IMG/VR virus record: IMGVR_UViG_3300009499_000053
Direction: 5' to 3' (one strand)
Source of the DNA: a virus
Length of the DNA: 64,000 nt
The position numbers were made by a program, and so were the translations under genes. Below are positions 29,932 to 40,397 of the stretch, in pieces (the first letter of the stretch is position 1; every line of letters begins with the position of its first letter). The notes below the pieces were generated by a model, which saw nothing but the letters and a program-made list of their open reading frames with translations, did not search any database and was not told the DNA's origin.

Positions 29932-30787
29932 TTTTATCTTAAATAGGTAGGGAGGGTAGGAATTGTTAGACATCTTTCACAAAGATTGTGATAAGAGAAA
30001 CAAGAAAGAACAGAGATATATTGATCTTCACATACCAAAACGTTTTGAAGAGAAACTATACTTCCTAATAGGATACAGTTTTAAGAACTTTGAACTCCGT
30101 ATAGACCTAGACTTTTGGTTCTTATGGTACAAGGATCATGAACTAATGATTTTCCGGTGATAATGATGGATCATCAGAGTCCCTTCTACAGATGTCCCTA
30201 CTGTAAAGGAAGGGTTATTGAAAGTAACCATGATGGAATTCATATGTTCTGTAAAGAGTGTGGAAGAGAATGGGATCCTTACAAGGTCAAGAGAGAGTAA
30301 GAATGCCAAAACACTGTTTTTTCTGTGGTTGTCCTATTGTTGAACGCTATGGTAAAGGTCTCTATTTCCTTCGTTGTACAGAATGTGGTAGAACATGGGA
30401 CGAGAGAAGAGAGAAGTAGTTAAAAAAGAATGGTGTAATATCCTAACAGAGGTTCCTGAGTGCGAAGGAAAGTGTTGTCAGTTCTGTGAACAATTCCTTA
30501 TGGGAATATGCATCTATTGCTGTACAAGGAGTGCTCCAAAGAAATGTCTAGAACTCGTAGACGAACGGACTTTCTTCTGGACTAGGGTATTCCGCTGAGT
30601 AAGGGGTTACACACATGATAGAACCATGTGAGAATGATCTTTTCTGGAAGAAACTCTTCGAGGGTAACTGGTACTTAGTTAAAGTCTCTACTCGGAACAT
30701 TAACATCTTAGGATTAAGACACATATTCTACAGAATAGAAAGATGGTGTAATGACACAACAGATAAAGAGAAGATAATAACTCATAA

Positions 30788-31183
30788 GTGGGAAGATGGA
30801 AAATGCATAACAAAGGTACGCTTACGATCGTTATAGTGGGTTCAGAACAGAAGAAGTGGTCTTACCATAAAGAGTCTATCTGTAGAGCTCTGATAAAAGA
30901 ATTCATGGAAGAACACCCAGATGAACTCTACATCTCAGGAGAATGCCATAGGGGAGGAGTAGATCAATGGGTAAAAGAGATAGCACATAACCTTAATAAG
31001 CGGTATAAAGGATATCCTCCTAAGGAACGAAAGTGGTACTACTACAAGAAACGTAACATCAAGATGGCTGAGATTGGGGATGTAGTAATCGACTTAGAAC
31101 CATTCGGTTTTACTTCTGGAGGAACCTGGACAGCAAATTATGCTAAGTCGATAGGGAAGAAGGCAGTCACGGTTGAGATATAA
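30788..31183 (+). CDS. SLOG/YspA-like protein
   Basis: IVIVGS, ISGEC..GVD, KRN..MA, SGGTWT. Confidence 0.7.
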   Translation: MGRWKMHNKGTLTIVIVGSEQKKWSYHKESICRALIKEFMEEHPDELYISGECHRGGVDQWVKEIAHNLNKRYKGYPPKERKWYYYKKRNIKMAEIGDVVIDLEPFGFTSGGTWTANYAKSIGKKAVTVEI

Positions 31184-31537
31184 TGAACGATAAAGAGAAG
31201 ACAAAGAAACTCTGGAAGAAGTTGTTTCAAAATAAAGAAGAATACACTCTTGGTATATGGCCTTTCACTAAATCAAAACTCAAGAAACAAAAGGAATGGG
31301 AGAAGAAATAGTAATGGGAAAGTGGAGAGAAGAGACTAAGATTCTATCCTGTGGTTGTAAGATAGGTAAAACAGGGAAAGGTCCTTGGTTCCTTGACTAC
31401 TACTGTAAAACACATGTAGAGGAAGTTAGGACTAATGGTAGATTCGATCTTGAGAAGGCTTTTAAGTATTTGGAGAAACTGAATAAGATGCTGAAGAAGA
31501 ATCCTCCTCCAGACGTTTTTAAGGAAGGAAAGGAAGA

Positions 31538-32254
31538 ATGAACGGAACAATTGCAACTTTCCTTATTATCATGGCTTTCATAGCTCTATTTGCAGGAACT
31601 GCTTACTGGATAGGAACAAATCAACTTCCTCGTGATGTAAAACAATATGAGCAACTCATAACACAAATGGATACACAGGAAAGCAAACAGGCCTGGATTA
31701 AAGAGTTTCCAGAGACATATGGACTTGATTGGCAAGGGTGTTTAGACTGGTTATCCTATCACATGATATATGGTCTCTCTAACAGAACTAAGGTTCTATG
31801 GGAAGTAAAGGTAGATAATGAAGGAAGACCCCAAGATCCTATTGAGATAATGAAATCTACCTGGATTACAAACCTTACAATAAGAACTGATATGGGTTAT
31901 GGAGAGTACTATTTAATCTCCAAGTTTCCATGTGTTCTAGGTCTATGTGGTGAACACACCATAGTCTATACCCAGTTACTCCTAGTTAATGGTTACTCAC
32001 CAAGAATGATGATAGGACACCATGATGAAGGAGACCATGCTTGGGTAGAGATAGATGGATTAACTACTATAACTATAGATCCTACAGATGCAGTAGCATG
32101 GAGACAAAATAATCCTACTTCTTTCTGGGATTATTGTCCTAATATTTCTAGAACTACAAATAAACTCTGGGGAGATAGGGTATGGACACGAGTCCATAGG
32201 ATAAGTAAAAGAGGAACAACAGAAGTAACGGAGGAATATAATAATGAAGTTTAA
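31538..32254 (+). CDS. membrane-anchored transglutaminase-like protein
   Basis: N-terminal TM; triad GLCGE / DHAWVE / IDPT. Confidence 0.75.
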   Translation: MNGTIATFLIIMAFIALFAGTAYWIGTNQLPRDVKQYEQLITQMDTQESKQAWIKEFPETYGLDWQGCLDWLSYHMIYGLSNRTKVLWEVKVDNEGRPQDPIEIMKSTWITNLTIRTDMGYGEYYLISKFPCVLGLCGEHTIVYTQLLLVNGYSPRMMIGHHDEGDHAWVEIDGLTTITIDPTDAVAWRQNNPTSFWDYCPNISRTTNKLWGDRVWTRVHRISKRGTTEVTEEYNNEV

Positions 32255-34026
32255 GGGTAGTGACATAGTCAAGACTCCAGATGGTAAATCCTGGTTCTAT
32301 GATGAGAAGCACCATCAATGGATAGAGGTAACAGAGTCTAAGAAGATGAGAAAGAGTACCTTTGTCTCAATCTAAGAAAGAGGAATAATTAATGGAAAAT
32401 ACACCTTTCCTAGCTAGTCAGAAACACAGAGAAGGTGAGATACAGGAATCTCATGATGAGATAAGGGACTACTATGACTTTAAGTTCTGTCCCTGGTGTG
32501 GAGTAGATCTCATAGAAGAACTTCAATCGCGAGGTAAAGAAGATGAACAAAAAGAAATGCCCGAGTTGTAAGGGTAGAGGCGGATGGTTCATACCTTCAC
32601 ATAGACCATTCTTTCTTACATGGTTTACCTGTGGAATGTGTGGAGGAAGTGGTAGAATAGATGACAATGAATCCAAGTCAGAGAACTGAAGAATATATCA
32701 TACTCTTTGATACGAGGTTGAAAGGAATAAACATTCTTATAGATCAGAAATGTTATGAACGAGTAAGTAAAAAGAAGGATATACTTCCTATGATTATAGA
32801 GATTATCAAGAACAAGAATGCTAATAACTTACAGGTCTTTGTCCTAGGAAAAGAACTTAATGTCGAGTGGGAATAATGGATCCAAAACTAGTGTGGGAGA
32901 GGGTCTTTAAATCAGATGAGGAGATATACTCAGAGATGATTATAAAGAAACTTCAGAAAGAAGCAGATCAAAAGGCAAAACGTCATAAACTACGAACTAA
33001 TGCCCTTCATTTCATTAGAATCCATGAGTATGAGATAGTTTCCAGAAAGAAAAGAATGGAAGTTCATAAGTGTAAGCTCTGCTCTAAGTTACAGACAAGG
33101 AAAGAAAATGGTGCAGGAAGCTGGAGCGGAGAAATAACTGGTTTTATGTTTCTTGTGGCTGTTCTTTTAACCATATTCTCTCTAGGAATGTTAAGTAGTG
33201 GTAGTTCCCTTGGACTTATCCCAGGTACCTTAGGAATAATATCAGCATATATAACACTGAAACGAGCTATGGAATAATTTGGTAGTGAGAAAATGACAGA
33301 CCTATTAAGACACTCAGAGGGGATATGGAGAAGTATCTATGTCTTCGCTCTGATAAAAGAGCATTATCGTATTATTGAATGGTTCAAGAAGGAGATGAAG
33401 AAGCTTAAGATAGAAGGATATTCATGGTGTCACTATGGAGAAGTAAGAGGTCCAGTACCTGTTCTTTGTGAGAAGGAACATATTACCTTTAGAGTAGACT
33501 TCCCAGGAACTACATCCTATAATTCCTTTAGAGCAGATCTAGAGAAAACAGAATGGAAATGGGAAGATCATGGTTATGACGAGCCTCTCTGGGTTAAAAG
33601 GGCTTATGAACTAGGAACTAAGCTCTATGAGATGGTAATGGAAACAACTAAAGGACCAGATGTAAATATGAACAATAACTTTATGAGAATACTTCTACAT
33701 GGTTTCTTTAATGATGCACACATGAACTCTAAAGAGGAGACAGAGTTCTACTTATTCCTGTTTCAGTCTTACTTAACAGCTAGGTATGGACTAAGGCCAG
33801 GAGGAGTTAACGATAGTATCCCATAAGAAAGAGGTGGAAAGGATTGGTTAGGAAAGTGGAAGGAAGTATAGAACTAAGCAACAAGCTCATGGAAGTAATT
33901 GTTGCTGATCTGAAGAAACTCTATGGTTCCTACTGGAACTTTGAGATAGGGTTTATGGAAGGTTCAGATCCTAAGAAGAACTTCAGTTTGAAGGTTAAAG
34001 TATACAAAAGGTAAGGAGGAATTGGA

Positions 34027-35613
34027 ATGGAAGTAAGAGAGAAGATTAAAGCACAAGTCAAAGAAATCAGAAGGTCTTTGTTCGGTATAGATGAGATCAT
34101 TAAGATATACTGTCTGAGTAAAGCTGCAGATCTGACAGTGCTCATGCTAGGGGAACATGCTATTGCTAAGTCCTCTTTGGCTAGAGATTGGAGCACTACT
34201 ACAAGTCTTGACTTTCGTATAGTCACTAGCTCAGAAGTAGATGAGGCAATGATAGCCTACATAGACCCTGCTATCTTTAGAGAGAAGAATATAGTTCAAA
34301 TGAAAAGAGGAGAATTGATGCTGAGAGATCACATACTCGTAGATGAATTCTTTATGTGGTCTAATAAGTACAGGGCCAAGTTACACCAATTGCTTGAAGA
34401 GAAGACATATGCTGGTCTAGATATAAAAACTAAGACATATACCTTTGCTAGTAACCCAATTACGGAACACTATGCAGGACAACAGGATGAACGGAACCTG
34501 GCTACAGAGGATCGTATTGACTTACTGTTACCAATGTACCAACCTACTGTAACTCCCACCCAGAAGATGATGATGAAGTTCAATAAAAGAGGGAGACATG
34601 AGATAGAACTAGAACCCGTAGTTACATGGGATAATTACCTTGAAGCAAGAGATGACATTATGAAGGTAGAGATACCTCCTGACTTAGTGGTATGGCTTAC
34701 CCTCTTTGCAGAGTCTTTGAGTGCATGTAAGTACTCAGCTTCTAAGTTTGATGTATCTAGGGCTAGGATGCATACACTATGTGCAGAATGTAATCAACGT
34801 AAGCATCTCTGTGCTAAAGTAGCATTATCTAAACCAAGATTCCTAAGGGCAACTATCCTTCTAAGTAAGGCACTTGCATGGTATGATGAAAGGGAGACAA
34901 TCTCAGAAGAGGATGTCTTTGCTTCTGTGAAGTATACACTACCACACAGAATGATATTCCTACAAGAGGAAAGAACCATCTTCGAGGCAGAAAGAGCTCT
35001 TCCAGAGATCCTACAAGAGTTCATAGATGACTTTAACAACTGGGAAAGCAGAAAGATCTTTAGTCACCTTGAAGCATTGATTCTAAAAGCAATAAATGAT
35101 AAGAGTCCATACTTTGACCTAGAATCAGCTAATAATCTCCAGAGTGAGGTAGCAGAACACTTAGCCATAAATAACTATGTAAAAGAGGCCGTAATGAGGG
35201 TTCAACAGGAAGTGAAGAAACGTTACAGAGTAATCCTGAATGCTGGAAAGATCACAAATGTTGATGATATAAAGGAACTACTCAATAAATCTGGCTTAAA
35301 CCTCTATGATAAAGGAGAGATCCTAGAAGAGTACATGTCGAAGAATGAACTCTTAACCTTCTATCATGAGCTAGACAGAAGAGATACGAAGGCTCTAGAA
35401 CGAGTAGCTATTGCAGTAAGAGCACTACATCAGACAGAAACTCCTAATGTAAAGATAAAGTCCAAGATCAGATTAGTGAAAGCCTTTAAGAGAGAAATAA
35501 CCTATGCCTCAGACCTGATACTAATCAAGGAAGAAAGAGGAAGGATTAGGATAACAGCTTCTACACCTGATCTAAAGAAGAAGTTCGAGAAGTTACTGGA
35601 GGAAACTAAATGA
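34027..35613 (+). CDS. MoxR-type AAA+ ATPase (variant Walker A)
   Basis: LGEHAIAKSS, ILVDE, ASN, DR, LPHR. Confidence 0.8.
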   Translation: MEVREKIKAQVKEIRRSLFGIDEIIKIYCLSKAADLTVLMLGEHAIAKSSLARDWSTTTSLDFRIVTSSEVDEAMIAYIDPAIFREKNIVQMKRGELMLRDHILVDEFFMWSNKYRAKLHQLLEEKTYAGLDIKTKTYTFASNPITEHYAGQQDERNLATEDRIDLLLPMYQPTVTPTQKMMMKFNKRGRHEIELEPVVTWDNYLEARDDIMKVEIPPDLVVWLTLFAESLSACKYSASKFDVSRARMHTLCAECNQRKHLCAKVALSKPRFLRATILLSKALAWYDERETISEEDVFASVKYTLPHRMIFLQEERTIFEAERALPEILQEFIDDFNNWESRKIFSHLEALILKAINDKSPYFDLESANNLQSEVAEHLAINNYVKEAVMRVQQEVKKRYRVILNAGKITNVDDIKELLNKSGLNLYDKGEILEEYMSKNELLTFYHELDRRDTKALERVAIAVRALHQTETPNVKIKSKIRLVKAFKREITYASDLILIKEERGRIRITASTPDLKKKFEKLLEETK

Positions 35614-36401
35614 GTTATCTACCTAAAGAGGGAAAGAGAGCAGATTCCTTCCCTGACTATAGTAAGTACTTCTACGACTTCCTAAAGATACCTGAGACAG
35701 AGATCTTTAAGCAGTCTAAACAGGAAAGGGTAAAGCAAATTCTAATCATTATAGCAGGAACTATGGGAATAGGTAAGACTACACTCATAGAGAACATCAT
35801 CAATAACCTCCGGAAACACTATGGAATAGAGAAGACGAATACAGTTTATTCCCAAGTTTCCGCTAAGGTTCTAATGGAGTATGGATTCAAAGGAAATCCC
35901 ATGAGAGGATGGGATGCTGAGAAACCTATTCAGATATTAGTCTTTGATGATGCTACCTCTGCAAGACTAACTAAGAATGATCAAAGACAGTTCTGTAAGA
36001 TGAGACATCAGATGATGGATGATACAAAACTGACTGAGGGAGTAATATTCTCAATCCTGGTTACTCATGATTGGTATCGACTAGATCCTAACTTCCGTAG
36101 AAATGCCATTGTAACAGCCTTTCTCTCAGTATCTCCTCTAGATCAATACTCAAGAAGAGAGTATGGTAGAATCTTAGGAGAAGAAGGAGTACACTTTCTT
36201 TCAGAGAGATTATCTAAGTCTCTACGGTTTGATAAGGATAAGGGAACTGGTCTGGTAGTTCTACCTTTTGTACCTCCAGGAGAAAGGTCTAAGAAAGTAG
36301 GCTGTATTAAATGGAAGAACATACAGGATGTGAACTACATAGTTATTAAAGAACTTCCCTCGGGAAGATTAGTATGGAAGGAAAAGGTGAAACAGAAATG
36401 A
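35610..36401 (+). CDS. P-loop NTPase
   Basis: GTMGIGKTT, ILVFDD. Confidence 0.8.
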   Translation: MSYLPKEGKRADSFPDYSKYFYDFLKIPETEIFKQSKQERVKQILIIIAGTMGIGKTTLIENIINNLRKHYGIEKTNTVYSQVSAKVLMEYGFKGNPMRGWDAEKPIQILVFDDATSARLTKNDQRQFCKMRHQMMDDTKLTEGVIFSILVTHDWYRLDPNFRRNAIVTAFLSVSPLDQYSRREYGRILGEEGVHFLSERLSKSLRFDKDKGTGLVVLPFVPPGERSKKVGCIKWKNIQDVNYIVIKELPSGRLVWKEKVKQK

Positions 36402-36947
36402 ATGAAAAAGTAAACATGATAGAGGATGAGGAAGAAGAAATCTTAGAAAAGACAGGCCCAGATAAGAAACATAACGAGAGAGTCTTCAACTACAAGATTG
36501 CCTCTGAAGAAACTAGAGAGATAGAGGTAAGAGGAATTGCTTTCCTAGTTAAGTTCTACAAGACTACTACAGGAACTGCAGGGATCAGGGTTCAACTAGA
36601 AGACAATGGTCCAATATTCCAGAAGTTCTTAGAGTACTGTAAAGAGAACAAAGGTCAACGGATAGAGAAGGAAACACAAGCTAACCTAATGGCCTTCACT
36701 ACATTTGGTAAACTAGATCAGGGACTAGAGTTCTTTCCAGTAATGGGATTCTATATCTTCCCATTTGGAGATAAGACTACAGAACCACATCTAGTATTCA
36801 ATGAAGAGAAGGATGCTCCTGAACCTATGGAACGCTTAGAGGCATTCATGGACTACTACAAGAAGAAACTTGGTATAAAGGTAAGACCCAAGAAGAGCTC
36901 ATTCGATAGTCTTAGAAAGCTTGTCCTAACAGAAATAGGTGACTAGT

Positions 36948-37139
36948 ATGCCAACTCATGGAAGTATAAGTAAAGCAGGAAAGGTTCGTAATCAGACTCC
37001 CAAGATTGAGAAGACCCCTAGAAAGAAGAAGAGCCCTAAAGTAAACAACAGGAAGAAACACTACAAACGGTTCATACTAAACCAAGAAGTAGGACAGAGT
37101 GAAATAGGAAGAAGAAAACGTGGAAGACGCAGGGTATAA
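36948..37139 (+). CDS. rps30e: ribosomal protein eS30 (S30e)
   Basis: MPTHGSISKAGKVRNQTPKI..YKRF. Confidence 0.95.
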   Translation: MPTHGSISKAGKVRNQTPKIEKTPRKKKSPKVNNRKKHYKRFILNQEVGQSEIGRRKRGRRRV

Positions 37140-37336
37140 TTCAGGTCTTTGCCCTAACCTTAAAGAATGTGGAGAATGGAGAGGAGAATGGTATTGGGGA
37201 TTCTGTCATCAAGACTTTGCCTGGTCACGATGCCCTCTGTTTATAAAGACAATCAACCCAAGTTCTAGATATCTAGGTATGGAAACCTTCCTTAAGTATA
37301 CTCAGTTAGAAGTAATGAGAAAGGCGTTGAAAGAGA

Positions 37337-38209
37337 ATGTCAAAACCTATACAGGGAAACGTAGAAGTAATCACTAAGAAGAACTGGAAGAGGATTAAGC
37401 AGGAAGTAGAGGACTCTGTTCTCCGAGCCTGGAGAAATAGTAAACTTATTGTCCCTAGAATGGCCCTAGACTTCCGAGTACACTTCCAAGAAGTATATGC
37501 ATCATCAACTGGTAGAATCTGGGCTTTTACCCCTTTCTGGAGAGGAAGAGTCTTTACCGATGTTATCATGATGCATGAGTTTCTCCATTGGGCTATATAT
37601 CCTATAGATCTATGGAAGGGACTCTCTGACATGTTCAAGGCACGAAGAATGTTAGCAGAGGATCTTAAGTGGAAACCTACAAACAAGGAAACTGACCTCT
37701 ATGGAGAGGTAGAGGACTGGTCAGGTTTTGAATATGACATTACAGAATTCAGCTTTGTCCAGAATATCTTAGGAGACTATCTAATCAATCTTCATATACA
37801 TGATAACCATCCTATTCTCTTTGCTGATCTATGGAAGTTCCTTTACCATGATGGAACCTTCTATGAGCAACAGAAACAACTAAAGAGAGACTCTACCTTT
37901 ATTCTCTACCTATCAGCATACCCTGATCTTCTAAGTGACATAAAGGAAGAAGTTACCCTGATAGATCCAAAGTCAGAGAAGGACAAGGATAAGATCATAG
38001 ACATTATAGTAGAAGTACGACATGGTAGAATGAGTAAGGTCTACGCCATTAAGGAACTGACTAAGATCTTTCATCCGTACATAGTACAGGATCAGAAGGA
38101 TTCTAAGGGTAACAAGGGAGCAGAACCAAAGTGTCCTAAGTGTGGTCACGATGAGTTTGAGGTAGTAGGGTACGAGGATCCAAAGACAGGGAAGTGGGTA
38201 GATGTCTAA
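37337..38209 (+). CDS. HEXXH metallopeptidase-like protein (MoxR-associated), ends with a lone CxxC
   Basis: MHEFLHW, NILGDYLIN; terminal CPKC. Confidence 0.65.
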   Translation: MSKPIQGNVEVITKKNWKRIKQEVEDSVLRAWRNSKLIVPRMALDFRVHFQEVYASSTGRIWAFTPFWRGRVFTDVIMMHEFLHWAIYPIDLWKGLSDMFKARRMLAEDLKWKPTNKETDLYGEVEDWSGFEYDITEFSFVQNILGDYLINLHIHDNHPILFADLWKFLYHDGTFYEQQKQLKRDSTFILYLSAYPDLLSDIKEEVTLIDPKSEKDKDKIIDIIVEVRHGRMSKVYAIKELTKIFHPYIVQDQKDSKGNKGAEPKCPKCGHDEFEVVGYEDPKTGKWVDV

Positions 38210-39383
38210 AGGATACTTTAACCCTTCAATGAGACATGATCTACATTTCCATGATAATTGGGGAGATCATGAGTGTCCAGCTAATAAATGTGAGTACATT
38301 GTCTTTGATGACTTTGGATACAGAATCGTCTATTGTAAGAACTGTGGTCAAGCAGATAGAAGGAAGCTATAGAGGATGAACAGATGCCTAAGAGAATAGC
38401 ATGCCCTAATTGCAAAGGACATCTTAAGAGAGGGAGCCTAGCTCTAGATGAGAGAGCCTGGGAATGTGAGAATTGTCATACGATCTTTACAGATAAATAC
38501 CCAGTAGAAGAAAAGAAGGGAAAGTTTAACCCCAGTAAAAGATAAGTGTAATAGAACAGTATGAGTGACTCTCAGAATGAGTAAATTAGCACCTATAATA
38601 TGTCCAAGATGTCTTAGTAAGGAACTAAGGATAGCAAAGGCTACGTTTGTCACTAAACCTTATCTGATTCACTACTGTCTATGTGGATGGGTAGAAACTA
38701 GAAAATACCGTAAAGGATTAGTACCTATGATCCTTAAAGATTCATTTAACCCGAGTATGAGATAGAATGTATAAACCTCCTCAGATATTTCAACCTAAAC
38801 CTGCCCCTGTTTATCAATTCTTGGAGCTAAAGTGTCCTCATTGTGGGTATGAGATCTACCGACCCTACCGTGAATTAACAGACTTACCATCAGAAATACT
38901 ATGTATAAAGTGTGGAAAGCACTACTCTGTATCCAGTCAATGGAATCCTTCGAGGAGATACTTATGAGTAAACATGTTCATTGTCCAAAATGTAATGCCC
39001 AAGGTTACTTAAAGGCACATAAAAAAGAATGGAGTATATTCATTTGCCGAAGATGCAGATGTCTCTTCTCAGTGTCACAGAGCGATTTAGAACAGATACA
39101 TGAGACATCTGACACAGAAGTGGTACTCCCCTTTAATCCTAGTTCGAGGTAGTAATAATGAGAAGACCCCGGTTTGAGGAAGTCTGTATCCATCCTTTCT
39201 ATCTTAAGAAGAAGAAACTATGTATCCACCCAGATGACAGAATCTTCTTCTTTGAACATCCGGCCTTCTTCGATAAATCTTTCTTTAGTTCTGATAAAGT
39301 ATTCAAACCCTTTCAGTTAGGAATGATTTATGGATATGAGGTCTTTGTTCAGGATGATATGCAGATTATGCTCCTAAGTATGA

Positions 39384-40397
39384 ATGGAGGAAAGAGTGTT
39401 GAAGATTAAGATAAAATGTACTAAATGTAATTGGGAAGCAGTAGTAGAGGTATCACGCTCCCCCTTAGGTTCTCTAAAACCAGGTAAAGCTATCAAGGGT
39501 ACAGGGAAAGGACTGAAAGTTAAGTGGACAAAGGAACAACTGGATAAGGTTATGGATGCTGCTGGAGGACTAGGTGCCTCTAGAGATGAGCTAGGTCAGG
39601 TAGGTATCCGTGTCCCCATTCCTCAGTGGGTAGACGCCCTGGAACGTAGAAGACTTAGACAGTTTGTAAGGAAGCATCTAAAGGTCTCTAAAGATTTAAG
39701 AAACGCTCAGGGAGAAAGAAGTCAAGTATCTACTGCTCCTTGGCAAATGGGAGATTCTTTCAAAGATGTAGATCTAGCCTCTAGTGAAATTGCAGCCTAT
39801 GGAGTTCCCGATCTTCGTCTTATTCCTGGAGTAACCCTACAGAAGAGGGTCTTTGAGACTACTAAGGGAGGAGACCGAGAGATACTTAGGGGAATAAAGT
39901 TCTTTAACATCATAGATGTCTCAGGAAGTATGTTCGGCGGATCAAGTCAAAGTCAAGGAAATATCGATAAGGTTCACAAAGCACTTATGATGGCCGAAGA
40001 GACATCAAAGATCTGTAAGAAGTTAGGTTATGACTACAACTTGTCTATCTTCTCTGGTATAGCTACTAGGATTCCCAAGAGAAAGATCAAAAGATTCTTT
40101 AAATCTGAGACTGAAAGAGCAACCTATCCTGGATGGAATGGAGGAACTACACTATCATCTGCTCTCGGACTATACGATCTAAAGGAACTCAAGGATGGAA
40201 ACTTGGTCATAATGTCTGACATGGATATATCTGACTCTGAGGAATCTAAGAAGAAGTTGAAAGAGATAGGAAATGTAACCTCATCCTTCAAGGTAGTAAT
40301 TATAGAGTATCGTTCTCAACTAAGGAAAGAAAGATTAATAAGAACAAGGGAACTATTTCCAGATAAGAAAGTACAAATACTCCGAATAGCAATCTAA
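39384..40397 (+). CDS. VWA-domain protein, begins with a lone CxxC
   Basis: MIDAS DVSGSM, GGT, MSD. Confidence 0.8.
   Translation: MEERVLKIKIKCTKCNWEAVVEVSRSPLGSLKPGKAIKGTGKGLKVKWTKEQLDKVMDAAGGLGASRDELGQVGIRVPIPQWVDALERRRLRQFVRKHLKVSKDLRNAQGERSQVSTAPWQMGDSFKDVDLASSEIAAYGVPDLRLIPGVTLQKRVFETTKGGDREILRGIKFFNIIDVSGSMFGGSSQSQGNIDKVHKALMMAEETSKICKKLGYDYNLSIFSGIATRIPKRKIKRFFKSETERATYPGWNGGTTLSSALGLYDLKELKDGNLVIMSDMDISDSEESKKKLKEIGNVTSSFKVVIIEYRSQLRKERLIRTRELFPDKKVQILRIAI

Noticed and set aside
26100-38209. Both split-gene N-fragments end in DxKTGxxxD[AV]*, suggesting a shared splice or ribosome-hop signal
   Set aside because: Explained by an ACAGGAG/ACAGGGA RBS plus the ATGnnTRA start-stop overlap used throughout the window (e.g. 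KTGEKGND* at 52252). I could not build a BHB at either junction.
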